Numbered from the stretch's first letter, positions 47,672 through 58,034 are shown. The stretch is DNA of 64,000 nt from an uncultured Desulfarculus sp. (GCA_963665125.2 CAXXUK010000001.1:3232001-3296000), one strand, 5' to 3'. Notes: generated from the sequence alone by a model not told the origin. Numbers and translations are program-made.

Positions 47672-50600
47672 ATGGCCAGACGTAAAGCAGACTTTGAGGC
47701 TATTCGCTCTGAAGGCGGTCTTCTTCCTCCAGACTTACTGCATCGTGTACTAAACCCCTCGGATAAATTGCCTGGCACTAAACCAGAGGACTATGGGTTG
47801 CCCCCTGGAGAGCGCCTGAACGAGTACATTACTCAGTCTTGGAACCGTTTGCGTAAACATTGGGCAGATTTTCGGAAGGTCACAGCTGAGTTGCCGGAGG
47901 ACGAACCCGGCACGGGCCTCACTAACGAACGTTGGTCTTTGCCCATGCTGCGTGAACTTGGCTTCGGGGTGTTGGCTACCGTTGCGGGGCCAGAGTTGGA
48001 TGGCCGCACATACGCCATAAGCCGTTTCTCTGGTCCGGTGCCCATTCATCTTGTAGGTTGCAATCTCTCTCTTGATCGCCGCGCTGCTGGCGTGCGCGGA
48101 GCCGCAGCAACCAACCCACATGCTCTTGTACAGGAATACCTCAATCGTTGCGATGAAAGCCTTTGGGGTATCGCATCCAATGGTCGCCAGTTACGCATCC
48201 TACGGGACAACCACGCACTGTCTCGGCAGTCCTATTTAGAGTTCGACTTAGAGGCCATCTTTGAAGGGGAGTTGTTCGGCGACTTTGTTTTGGTTTGGCT
48301 GATGGGCCACGCCACACGGTTTGTTCCCCGTGAAGAAGGCCGGCATGAAAAATGCTGGCTGGAAGAGTGGACAAAAATTGCCGAAGAGCAGGGAACCCGC
48401 GCTCTAGGCGAATTGCGTGTCGGTGTTGAAAAAGCTTTGCAAATTTTGGGAGAAGGCTTTTCTAGCCATCCGAACAATATTGATTTACGAGATGATTTGC
48501 GTAGCGGGGCGTTGGCCTTAACAGATTTCCACAGCCAGCTATTGCGGCTAGTGTATCGTTTCATTTTCCTTTTTGTAGCAGAAGACCGCACTCTGGACGG
48601 ACAGTCTTTACTGCACCCCATAGATGACAGCCAAGAGGGTAGGACTGCCCGAAAGAGATATGCAACTTACTATAGCACCTCACGCCTGAGGGAAATGGCT
48701 GGCCGCATTAAGGGTAGCCGTCACAGTGATTTATGGCGGCAGTTCAAGATCCTGGTGCCAGCGTTGTTTGGTGATGAAACCAAGGAAGCGTCGGCGGCCA
48801 GGGAGCAGTTGGCCTTGCCTTCTTTGGGCAGCTTCCTTTGGAACCCCATCTCTACCAATGCCCTCAACAAAGCAGAGCTCAGTAACTATGATTTCCTCGA
48901 GACCTTTCGCCATTTAGCATTCACTCGGCAGGGGAAAGTGCTCCGACCAGTGGACTATAAGAACCTGGGAGCAGAGGAACTGGGCGGCGTCTACGAAAGC
49001 TTGCTTGCCCTGACACCACAGCTAGGCGGAGACGGGCAACGTTTTACCTTTGCTGAGTTTGCCGGTAGTGAGCGCAAGACAACCGGCTCTTACTATACCC
49101 CGGACTCGCTGGTGCAGTGCCTATTGGATTCCGCCTTGGACCCGGTGGTGGAACAAGCACTAAAGGGTAAAAGTGGCGCGGAGGCGGAAGAGGCGATTCT
49201 GACGCTGAAGGTATGCGACCCTGCTGTAGGCTCAGGGCATTTCCTTGTGGGTGCTGCGCACCGTCTGGCCCAGCACCTGGCACGGGTGCGGGCCCATGCC
49301 CACGGCGATAGCGAACCCACAGCTTTGGCGCATCAACAGGCTCTGCGCGATGTTATTGGCCGCTGCCTTTACGGTGTGGATATTAATCCAATGGCTGCAG
49401 AATTATGTCGCGTTGGATTATGGCTGGAAGCCATGGAGCCGGGTAAGCCGCTCTCGTTCCTGGAACACCATATCAAGGTGGGTAATAGCCTCCTAGGAGC
49501 TACACCGGCCCTACTGCGTGATGGCATACCAGATGATGCTTTTAAACCCATTGAAGGCGATGATAAAAACTTCATCAAAGAATGGAAAAAACACAACAAG
49601 GAAGAACGCAAGGGACACAGGGGCTTATTCCAAAAACTGGCCGCGCCCTGGGAGCGTCTTGGTGACTTGGCCCCCAGCTTGGTTAGCTTGGAGGATGTCA
49701 GCGACGACACAATCGAAGGCCAGCGCCGGAAGCGGCAAATTTATCAAGATTTCATTAACTCAAGCAGCTACGAATTCACCCGTCTATGGGCCGACGCCTG
49801 GTGCGCGGCCTTTGTGTGGATCAAACGGGAGCAAGAACATCTACCTTACCCAATGACCGAAGAGGTCTTCCGGCGCATCGAGGAAAGCCCGCACAACGTT
49901 TCCCCTGCCATTAAGGACGAAGTGCGTAGACTGGCCGAGCAGTACCAGTTTTTTCATTGGCACATTGAGTTTCCAGATGTGTTCTGGAATGCGGAGCCGG
50001 GCCACGAGGCCGAAAACCGTAAAACAGGTTGGAGTGGCGGATTTGACTGTGTACTGGGCAACCCACCGTGGGAGCATACAGAGCTGAAGGAAAAAGAATG
50101 GTTTGCTGAAAAACAACCTGACATTGCTTCAGCTCGCATCGGTACGCAACGCAAGCAAATGATAGATGATCTTGAAGAAAAAAATCCAGGGCTGTACAAA
50201 GCTTTTTTTCAAGTCAAGAGAGATCACGAAGGGCCAAGCCACTTCTTCAGAAACAGCAACCGATATCCTTTATGCGGTCGAGGGCGTATAAATTTGTATG
50301 CGATTTTTTCAGAAAGTATGCGCAGCTTGCTTAACCCTAGTGGAATAATGGGCTGTATAGTACCCACCGGTATAGCTACAGATGATACGACAAAACTATT
50401 TTTTAAAGACATTACACAAAGTAGATCTGTTAAAAGTATTTATGGATTTGAGAATGAAGATTTTTTATTTCCAAGTGTTCATCATGCTACAAAATTTTGC
50501 TTACTAACTTTGATCTCTGATAATTTTCCTTTTTCAAGTGACTCAAAATATGTCTTTTTTGCTCGCAAAATAGAACATTTATTTGATGGAAAAAGAGTAT

Positions 50601-52468
50601 TCAGTTTGTCACCGGATGATATATCATTACTAAATCCTAACACTCATAATTGCCCGATTTTTCGCTCTCGCCAAGACGCAGATCTGACAAAGGCCATATA
50701 CCGCCGGGTTCCTATATTCATCCGAGAAGTCCGCGATAGTCAGGCCGATGAAAATCAATGCGGCGTTACCTTTAAACAAGGCCTATTCAATATGACTAGC
50801 GACTCGGATAAGTTTCGCACCCGTGATGAACTGGAGATCGAAGGATGGCACCTACAGGATAACACCTTCCAGAAAGAAGGTGACGAATGCTTGCCGTTGT
50901 ATGAGGCAAAAATGTTTCACCAATACGATCACAGATGGGGAACATACAGTGGACAGACAGATGCGCAAGCAAACCAAGGAACTCTGCCGTTGTTAGATGC
51001 AATTATGCACCTTGACCCGTATTTATTATCACTCCCAAGATATTGGGTGCCTTCAAATATCGTTCATAGGGTTGCAATTAAACATCAAAGGGAACAAAAT
51101 TATTTTCTTGCTATGAGGGAAGTTTCAAGAGCAACTGATTCGCGGACGTGTATTCAGGCTATCATACCGTTTTCTGCTGTGGGACACAAAGCAACAATTA
51201 TTCTGGCCAAGGATAATAGTTGCGGCAGTTTGTCAAAATTAATCAGTAATTTGAACTCCTTCATCTATGACTATTGTTGTCGCCAAAAAATTAGTGGCAT
51301 TAGCTTAAGTTTTTTTATAGTGAGGCAACTTCCAGTATTGAATGCCATGGCTAATGGTTTTCCTAATTGGCTTGCTTGTATCCTTGATATAGATGAATGG
51401 ATTGTTTGTCGTTGCCTGGAGCTAACCTACACCGCCTGGGACCTTGAGGACTTTGCGCGAGACTGTGGCTGGTATGGCCCCCCCTTCCGCTGGGACGAGG
51501 AGCGCCGATTCCTACTCAGCGCGGAGTTAGACGCTGCCTTCTTCCACCTCTATCTGCCTTGCATTCCGGACGGCCAGTGGAAGCCCGCACGCATAGCCGA
51601 TGGCGCGGTGCGCGACGAGACTGACGAAGAATTTGCGAAATTAATTCGGCATTTTCCAACACCGCGTGACGCGGTGGACTACATCATGGAAACCTTCCCC
51701 ATCGTCAAAAAGAAGGACCTTGAGGCCCATGGCCACTACCGAACCAAAGATGCGATTTTAGAAATATACGATGCCATGACCGAAGCCATGCGAACGGGTC
51801 AGCCATACCAGACTTGCCTTGACCCGCCGCCAGGACCTCCCGTGGATGCTGAGGGTAATTTCCTACCTGTGGAGCAGCTAGATCGTGCCAATTGGCCGTT
51901 GCACATTCATTTACCCAAAGATGATGTTTTGAGTCAGCCAGAGGCAGTATCTCCGGTGGAATTTGCTGCTGTGACATATCCGTCAACGGATACCGACAGG
52001 GCAATTTGCGCAGTGGCATTGGCCATCGTTGAGCAGACCGGAGGGCTCTCCAGCATGGATCATCTTGATGCTCTTTTGATGGCCACTCACACTGACTGGT
52101 GTAAATCGTTTTTACCGCAGGCGGACCAAGAGTCATTTTTGACCATTATAGGATCTGATCCCAGACATCTGATTGTGGACGAAGACGTAGAGATTGGTTG
52201 GAAAGAGAGTAGGGATTACCTTGAGCAATTGCAGGCTTTTTCTGTAAACCACGTAGATTTAAAGCAAACCATCACTTTAGGAAAAGACTACGCATCTGCC
52301 AAGAGCACCCTTCCCCCCGGCACTGATCAAATTGTTATTTATGCTATCAAGGCACTAAATAGGATTACGGAGCTCCGAAAGGACCTCACCGCAGCCACTC
52401 AACGGCAAGCAAGGATATTGGAAACCCTAGATAATCAGCACGAGTTATATCAGCTTGCCGCCAGATAG
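47672..52468 (+). CDS. Large N6-adenine DNA methyltransferase (Eco57I-type, DrmMI-like) with C-terminal extension
   Basis: 'ELGGVYE', 'RKTTGSYYTP', motif I 'DPAVGSGHFL', motif IV 'GNPPW', TRD region 'LYEAKMFHQYDHR'. Confidence 0.9.
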   Translation: MARRKADFEAIRSEGGLLPPDLLHRVLNPSDKLPGTKPEDYGLPPGERLNEYITQSWNRLRKHWADFRKVTAELPEDEPGTGLTNERWSLPMLRELGFGVLATVAGPELDGRTYAISRFSGPVPIHLVGCNLSLDRRAAGVRGAAATNPHALVQEYLNRCDESLWGIASNGRQLRILRDNHALSRQSYLEFDLEAIFEGELFGDFVLVWLMGHATRFVPREEGRHEKCWLEEWTKIAEEQGTRALGELRVGVEKALQILGEGFSSHPNNIDLRDDLRSGALALTDFHSQLLRLVYRFIFLFVAEDRTLDGQSLLHPIDDSQEGRTARKRYATYYSTSRLREMAGRIKGSRHSDLWRQFKILVPALFGDETKEASAAREQLALPSLGSFLWNPISTNALNKAELSNYDFLETFRHLAFTRQGKVLRPVDYKNLGAEELGGVYESLLALTPQLGGDGQRFTFAEFAGSERKTTGSYYTPDSLVQCLLDSALDPVVEQALKGKSGAEAEEAILTLKVCDPAVGSGHFLVGAAHRLAQHLARVRAHAHGDSEPTALAHQQALRDVIGRCLYGVDINPMAAELCRVGLWLEAMEPGKPLSFLEHHIKVGNSLLGATPALLRDGIPDDAFKPIEGDDKNFIKEWKKHNKEERKGHRGLFQKLAAPWERLGDLAPSLVSLEDVSDDTIEGQRRKRQIYQDFINSSSYEFTRLWADAWCAAFVWIKREQEHLPYPMTEEVFRRIEESPHNVSPAIKDEVRRLAEQYQFFHWHIEFPDVFWNAEPGHEAENRKTGWSGGFDCVLGNPPWEHTELKEKEWFAEKQPDIASARIGTQRKQMIDDLEEKNPGLYKAFFQVKRDHEGPSHFFRNSNRYPLCGRGRINLYAIFSESMRSLLNPSGIMGCIVPTGIATDDTTKLFFKDITQSRSVKSIYGFENEDFLFPSVHHATKFCLLTLISDNFPFSSDSKYVFFARKIEHLFDGKRVFSLSPDDISLLNPNTHNCPIFRSRQDADLTKAIYRRVPIFIREVRDSQADENQCGVTFKQGLFNMTSDSDKFRTRDELEIEGWHLQDNTFQKEGDECLPLYEAKMFHQYDHRWGTYSGQTDAQANQGTLPLLDAIMHLDPYLLSLPRYWVPSNIVHRVAIKHQREQNYFLAMREVSRATDSRTCIQAIIPFSAVGHKATIILAKDNSCGSLSKLISNLNSFIYDYCCRQKISGISLSFFIVRQLPVLNAMANGFPNWLACILDIDEWIVCRCLELTYTAWDLEDFARDCGWYGPPFRWDEERRFLLSAELDAAFFHLYLPCIPDGQWKPARIADGAVRDETDEEFAKLIRHFPTPRDAVDYIMETFPIVKKKDLEAHGHYRTKDAILEIYDAMTEAMRTGQPYQTCLDPPPGPPVDAEGNFLPVEQLDRANWPLHIHLPKDDVLSQPEAVSPVEFAAVTYPSTDTDRAICAVALAIVEQTGGLSSMDHLDALLMATHTDWCKSFLPQADQESFLTIIGSDPRHLIVDEDVEIGWKESRDYLEQLQAFSVNHVDLKQTITLGKDYASAKSTLPPGTDQIVIYAIKALNRITELRKDLTAATQRQARILETLDNQHELYQLAAR

Positions 52469-52480
52469 GAGACCGGCAAG

Positions 52481-54532
52481 ATGGATCTGTTTGGCAACCT
52501 CCAATTGGAACCTGTTTCCACGGAACCAGATGTCTGGGTAAGTCGCCTGGTCATATATGAACGGATCGCACCTAATCCCATCGTGATAAGAGATATTCCG
52601 CTGACTCGGGGTCTAAACATTATTTGGGCTGAAGAGTCTGAGGAAGATGCACCATTATCTGAGATTACCGGACATAGCGCTGGCAAAACGACATTCTGTC
52701 GTTTTATGAGACACGTTTTAGGCGAGAAAACCTTTGGGACCAAATCCGCAATGGAGTTCATTAGACGTTCGTTGCCTGACGGATATGTAGCTGCAGAACT
52801 GCACATCCAAGGACGAAGATTGGCTGTTAGGCGTCCCTTTGGTAGCGGCAGAATGTCCTATATAAAGGAAGGCGCCTCTGTCGAAGAGTTGCTTGAACAA
52901 CGTGGAAAGATGGTGGGACAAGAGAACTATAGTCGAGAGCTGGGCCTGGAAAGTCTTCTTGGTGAACTTGCCACTCTCGGCATTGTTCAGACCGGAGAAC
53001 AAATTCAGTGGGCCCACATATTAGCGTGGTGTACTCGAGATCAAGAATCACGCTTTCAAAACATACATGACTGGCGTTCTCCCCGTAGCCAAGCTGATAC
53101 TCCATCATTCCGCTTTCCCAAATCCGGCCCTCTCTTTGTAATGCGTTCAGCGCTGGGGCTTTTTTTTCCGGACGAGATAGCTGGTGAAAAGCGGCGCGCG
53201 ATACTTCTAAAGGAGCAAGAGCAGCTTAGTAAAGCTATTGAGGGGAAAAAAGATGAGCCGCGATTCATGGTTAACTTATATGATTCGCGGCTTCGCCAAT
53301 TGCTAAAGGCCTATTACCCTAACGAAACAGACATTGATAAGCGTCCTTTCCGGTCAGATGAAATGTTCCCTCAAAGCTTGGAAAGGTTGTCTGAAAGGGC
53401 AACCAGGGCAATTGATGAATCAATTAAAAGTGACAATGATAGATACCAACATCTTCAGGAACAAAGCGATGAACTTGGAGCAGACTTACAACGGATTAGG
53501 CTAGAGCTTGAAGAAATGGAGGCTTTATTTAGCCTTAATACTGATGCAGGTAGGGAAATTATCTCAGGGCTGGATAAACGTCTTAAGCAGCGTGAACAGT
53601 ACGAAGAAATTAAAGATAGAAAATGCCTTCTTGGAGACATTTTGATCCGCGATTGCAGTTACATTCAACAAAGACAAGATGTACTGCAAATGGATGAGCA
53701 ACGAGACGCTCGTGCGCTACAGCAGGCAAAAGATCATCGCAATAAAGAGCTTGAAAATATTCGGACAGAAAAGGATATAATTCTTAAGGAAATCGAAGAG
53801 CTTAAAGGGAAAAGGCAACTTGTTGTTGATGAACGGAATGCCTTGTGGGTAAAAATTAGCATACAACGTGATAAACTACGTGATCTCAATCAAACAAGTG
53901 AAGAGCTTGCTAGATGGCTGAATGTATACAATGGAGTTGAAGGGACTAAAGATCTTGATGCTCTTCGTAACCAGCTAAGCAATGTGACCAATGAACTCAC
54001 TAACGTCGAAAAGGATCTACAGGAACTGATTCGCCAAAATGGTGAAAACATTGATTGTTTAACTAATATTTTTACTGCTGCTGTTCGGAGTGTGTTGTTG
54101 TCCAATGGGTATGGAGGACAGGTAAGTCTGGTCAACCGAGAACTTGCCTTCAATATTACATGTGGCCCAGCTATGAGCGGCGAAGCAATTGAAACACTTG
54201 CTGTATTGCTCGCAGATCTGGCTTGTCTTATCTACAATACAACCTCCAATAAGTCTGTTCTGCCTGGTTTTCTCCTTCATGATAGCCCTCGCGAGGCAGA
54301 TCTCGGCATCCGGATTTATAGAAACTTTATTAGGTTTGCTGCTTCTTTGCAGGAGTGTTTTGGTGGGCAAGACAGCTGCCCGTTTCAATACTTAATAACA
54401 ACTACAACAGCCCCCCCTGCGGAATTGCGGAAGCCTGAACATGTAAAATTAACACTTGACGCTTCCTCTGAAGAAGGGCTGCTTTTAAAACGTAACACTG
54501 CTTTGAGCCGTGGAGGTTATAGCTTGCTATAA
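52481..54532 (+). CDS. SMC/Rad50-like split ABC ATPase with coiled coil (ABC-3C / Lamassu LmuB-like)
   Basis: 'GLNIIWA', Walker A 'GHSAGKTT', long coiled coil, degenerate signature 'MSGEA', Walker B 'FLLHDSPRE', 'QYLITTT'. Confidence 0.72.
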   Translation: MDLFGNLQLEPVSTEPDVWVSRLVIYERIAPNPIVIRDIPLTRGLNIIWAEESEEDAPLSEITGHSAGKTTFCRFMRHVLGEKTFGTKSAMEFIRRSLPDGYVAAELHIQGRRLAVRRPFGSGRMSYIKEGASVEELLEQRGKMVGQENYSRELGLESLLGELATLGIVQTGEQIQWAHILAWCTRDQESRFQNIHDWRSPRSQADTPSFRFPKSGPLFVMRSALGLFFPDEIAGEKRRAILLKEQEQLSKAIEGKKDEPRFMVNLYDSRLRQLLKAYYPNETDIDKRPFRSDEMFPQSLERLSERATRAIDESIKSDNDRYQHLQEQSDELGADLQRIRLELEEMEALFSLNTDAGREIISGLDKRLKQREQYEEIKDRKCLLGDILIRDCSYIQQRQDVLQMDEQRDARALQQAKDHRNKELENIRTEKDIILKEIEELKGKRQLVVDERNALWVKISIQRDKLRDLNQTSEELARWLNVYNGVEGTKDLDALRNQLSNVTNELTNVEKDLQELIRQNGENIDCLTNIFTAAVRSVLLSNGYGGQVSLVNRELAFNITCGPAMSGEAIETLAVLLADLACLIYNTTSNKSVLPGFLLHDSPREADLGIRIYRNFIRFAASLQECFGGQDSCPFQYLITTTTAPPAELRKPEHVKLTLDASSEEGLLLKRNTALSRGGYSLL

Positions 54533-54920
54533 GCTCGAATGGCTGCCCAGAAGCACTAATAAATGAGCGGTGGACCGCAATCGTTAGACAGTTTGGCGGC
54601 TTGATTAAGGATGATTTGGCCGGTAAGTTTTTAAGCCGCCTTTTGGGCACCCTGGGAGTATGTCTCACCCAGGGTGCGATATTCCAGAAAGGCATGGCCC
54701 CGCCCTGTGATATAGAGGTCCATCTAAGTTATGAGTCATATGCTCTGCTTCTTAATCGCCCTTGGTTTTCCCAAGGGCATAATGGAGCACTTGCCCCATT
54801 TATATCTCATTCAGCAATATCCCGTTGACCTCCTCATCGTTTATGCCCAAGTAGCGCATGGTGGTCCTCGGCGAGCTGTGGTTGTAACGCTTGGCCAGGA
54901 CTTCCCAGGCCACACCATAC

Positions 54921-56207
54921 GAGACCGTTGCACGGCGTCAGCTCCGAGAGTGCACTTTAATTGGTTGCAATAATTGGTTAAAATGTCCTTAACCATCGTG
55001 AATGGAGGGCATCTTTGGCCAATCGGTTCGAGACAAGGCGGGGCGGTTTCGCGGACATGGCCGTGGCCAGCCGCAAACAGCCCAAAACCTTTCTGGATGA
55101 TGTAAACCGCATCGTCGATTGGAAGCCCATCGAGGGCTTTCTGAAGAAAAAGCTTCGGCGCCACAAGGACGCGGTGGGCAATCCGGCTTATCCGCCTCTG
55201 GGCATGTTCAAGATTTTGCTGCTGCAACGCTGGCATGACCTGAGCGACCACAAGGCAGCCGAAGCCATGGCCGACCGGATTTCCTTTTGCCGTTTCGCCG
55301 GTTTTTCGTTGGATCACGAGTCGCCCGACGCCTCCACCATCTGCCGCTTTCGAAACCACCTGCAAGAGCGCGGCCTGCTGGACAAGCTGTTTAATATGAT
55401 AAATAAGCAGCTTGAAGCGCAGGGTATTTTGGTGCGCACCGGCTCCAGCGTGGATGCCACCTTGATTCCATCCGCCCGCCAGCCCCGCAAAAAGCAGGAA
55501 GTGATCTTCGATGAACTCGACGACCAAAACGACGATGATGACGACGACCGCCCCACCGGCTACAGCGTGGAAACCACCTATTCCGATGACACGGACGCCA
55601 AATGGACCAAGAAAGGCAAGAAGTACTGCTATGGCTACAAGGGACACATTGCCGTCGATGGGGAGCACGGGTTTATTCTGGCTGGCCACGCCACACCGGC
55701 CAACCGCCCGGATTGCAAGGAATTCATGGCCGTGGTCGACAACGCCAAGCTGAAGAAGGATGCTCCGGTCCTGGCCGACAAAGGCTACAGCAGCGCGGAT
55801 AATCGAAGCCACCTGGAAGAGGCCGGTTACTTTGACTTGATCATGTACAAGGCGGCTCGCGGTCGACCGCTGAGTGATGCAGAACTCAGAGTGAACAAGG
55901 CCATCTCACGGGTGCGCTGCTCGGTGGAGAGGGCATTCGGCAGCATGAAGAAGCACTACGGCCTGGCGCGGGCCAGATATTTGGGCCTGGCCAAGATGAA
56001 CATGCAACTGATGCTATCGGCCATGGCCTTCAACCTGAAAAAGGCCGCGATACTGGCCGGCAGGTGATCAAAGACACCGGGGGGCAGGATGGGCAGCCAG
56101 GTAAAAGCTAGAAAAAACCCAACGAAGCCCGGCCCAACTGCCTACTACACCGAAAAAATCATCTGAAAAGGAAAGTATGTCAGGACTCGGCTTTACGCAA
56201 TGGTCTC
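54921..56207 (+). mobile_element. IS5-family element (IS1106-like ends)
   Basis: IRs GAGACCGTTGC / GCAATGGTCTC; 5-bp TSD CATAC (54916-54920, 56208-56212). Confidence 0.9.
55015..56067 (+). CDS. IS5-family transposase
   Basis: 'YPPLGMFKILLLQRWHDLSD', 'VDAT', 'GYKGH', 'ADKGY', 'RCSVERAFGSMK'. Confidence 0.92.
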   Translation: MANRFETRRGGFADMAVASRKQPKTFLDDVNRIVDWKPIEGFLKKKLRRHKDAVGNPAYPPLGMFKILLLQRWHDLSDHKAAEAMADRISFCRFAGFSLDHESPDASTICRFRNHLQERGLLDKLFNMINKQLEAQGILVRTGSSVDATLIPSARQPRKKQEVIFDELDDQNDDDDDDRPTGYSVETTYSDDTDAKWTKKGKKYCYGYKGHIAVDGEHGFILAGHATPANRPDCKEFMAVVDNAKLKKDAPVLADKGYSSADNRSHLEEAGYFDLIMYKAARGRPLSDAELRVNKAISRVRCSVERAFGSMKKHYGLARARYLGLAKMNMQLMLSAMAFNLKKAAILAGR

Positions 56208-56936
56208 CATACTTGGTTCGTTGCATGTAGCCGAAGGTCTTGCGCAGGGTGTGGCTGCCGTAGTTGCCAGGCAGGTTGATTGCGGCGCACCAGTCCTTGA
56301 CCATGTGGTTCACCGTGGACACTGTCAGCGCTTTGTTGACACCCTTGCGGGAGCAAAAGAGATACTCGCCGTGGTCGGGTTGCTCTTGCTCCAGGTAGCG
56401 GCGCATGGCTTTGTGGCTGGCCTTATTCATCATGAGAAAATTGCGCTTGCCGGTCTTGCCCTCTACCATAGGCACGGTCTCGCCCACTTTCAGGCATGCC
56501 ACGTCCTCAACTGTTAGCTGAAGCAGATCGGAGGCACGCAGGCCGTTGTTGATGCCCAGAGTAAAAAGCAGCAGATCACGGGGCCGATTGTGTAGCAGGC
56601 GCTTGATGGCATTTATGGCTTTGTCGTCCCTAATGGGCTCCACGGCGATCCTGCTGCCTTTGGGCGGATGATTGGGGTTACGAAACGTCATTTCTGCTCT
56701 TCCGGGCCAATCCCAAGTTTGTATTAAAAGGACGGCCGTTACTTGACGTTCAAAATGGAGACCCATGCTCCATTACTAACGAAAAGCGGTATAACTTGCT
56801 TGTTTTGCAGTGGAATAATAGATATTGCGAATATCAACTTTTACCCAAAAGTTGATATTGGGGCTCGGTTGGGTTTGTGGACGGATCAGGCCCGCCAGTC
56901 GTCACCATGGCTTGGCTGCTTATTTGGCCACATCTT

Positions 56937-57440
56937 TCATGTATCACCGCAGACACCTCCGCCATCCTGCCCAAAACGCTTTTCAAGGCGTTCGGCAGCC
57001 TGGACGATGGCTGTGGCCACTTCCGGGGCGACGGGCATGGCTTCTAGGGCATAGCGGCTACACTCCACCTCACGAGCCCAATCCCAGTGGAGGCGATGTT
57101 CGGTAGCGCAGGACCAGCCAAAGGCTTCAACTGCCTGTTTGACCATCTGCCAGGCGTCAGGGATGCATACACCCTCAATACGTGCAAAGATGGACATGTA
57201 GGCTTGATCGGCATCGTCAGGCTGCCAAAAGCGTACTCCGACAAAGAAACGGCCCTGTACGGCCCTCATGGTGCACGGCCACATCACCTGCAACACTAGG
57301 CTGCCGAAATCGGCGGGAAGCAAAGCGCCGTGCGCATCGGCGTCAAGCACGGCCAGATCAAGTTTGTCGAAATACCGCGAGGCAGCTTCCTTGGCATCGC
57401 TGAACGTGGCAAAAAAAGTATTGATGGTTTCCAGGTCCAT
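56937..57440 (-). CDS. Hypothetical protein
   Basis: 167-aa ORF with AGGAG RBS; weak similarity to upstream neighbour. Confidence 0.6.
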   Translation of the reverse strand: MDLETINTFFATFSDAKEAASRYFDKLDLAVLDADAHGALLPADFGSLVLQVMWPCTMRAVQGRFFVGVRFWQPDDADQAYMSIFARIEGVCIPDAWQMVKQAVEAFGWSCATEHRLHWDWAREVECSRYALEAMPVAPEVATAIVQAAERLEKRFGQDGGGVCGDT

Positions 57441-57500
57441 GACCCTGCTCCTGATGAAAGGAAGGCAGGGCTGGAGCCGAAGCCCCAGCCCATACGTGTT

Positions 57501-58034
57501 TTAGGCCTCCAAAACCTGATCGATGACTTCGATGTACTGCTGGCATGCAGCCAGTACGGATTTAGCGGCCAACTCGGGCGAGAAATCATCCTCGATTTTC
57601 AGCTTGGCAACTTCGAGCTGGCTTTCGTGCCAACCCGGCTCATCGATCATCAAACGCCAGCCGCATTTATCGGCAAGCACCTTCACCCTCCACCATGTGT
57701 TAGTGCGTAGCGGCGTATTGACTTCCACAAAGACCAGCAGATGAGCGTCGTCTTTATAGGACCAGTCAAACTCGGCACACACGCAGTATTCTTCTTCACC
57801 ATCCAGGTCCAGCTCTTCTTCGTCGCTGAAATCGATCTGAGCCTCCTGGTGGTCTTCTGCGGCGACCTGCCATTCCATGCGCAGCTGATCCTCATAGAAG
57901 TATCCGGGCAGCACCCGCCCGGTCGGTTCCGTCTTCATGAGATTGCGGTTGAGTTCGGTCATGAATTCCCTGGCCTGTTCGACAGCGTCGATTCTCACCT
58001 CGACAACTTGTTTGACAGCGGCAAGAGTTCCCAT
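57501..58034 (-). CDS. Acidic hypothetical protein
   Basis: ATG 58034 after AAGGAGGT; E/D-rich middle. Confidence 0.65.
   Translation of the reverse strand: MGTLAAVKQVVEVRIDAVEQAREFMTELNRNLMKTEPTGRVLPGYFYEDQLRMEWQVAAEDHQEAQIDFSDEEELDLDGEEEYCVCAEFDWSYKDDAHLLVFVEVNTPLRTNTWWRVKVLADKCGWRLMIDEPGWHESQLEVAKLKIEDDFSPELAAKSVLAACQQYIEVIDQVLEA

Larger units (their letters stand above)
54800..56691 (-). pseudogene. Small catalytic-domain tyrosine recombinase interrupted by IS5
   Basis: 'VEPIRD', 'NNGLRASDLL', 'EGKTGK', 'HTLRKTFGY...TKY' continues after the IS as 'GVAWEVLAKRYNHSSPRTTMRYLGINDEEV...EI*'. Confidence 0.92.

Noticed and set aside
39547..54532. Canonical DISARM, BREX or Druantia call with gene symbols
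   Set aside because: No PLD drmC, no separate drmA/drmB, no pglZ or brxC, no druA-D equivalents; only family-level resemblance is supportable.
54841..55812. 323-aa minus-strand ORF
   Set aside because: Antisense to the IS5 transposase.
56068..56766. 232-aa ORF as an intact integrase
   Set aside because: Its last ~45 residues are read-through into the IS5; the true C-terminus lies at 54800-54920.
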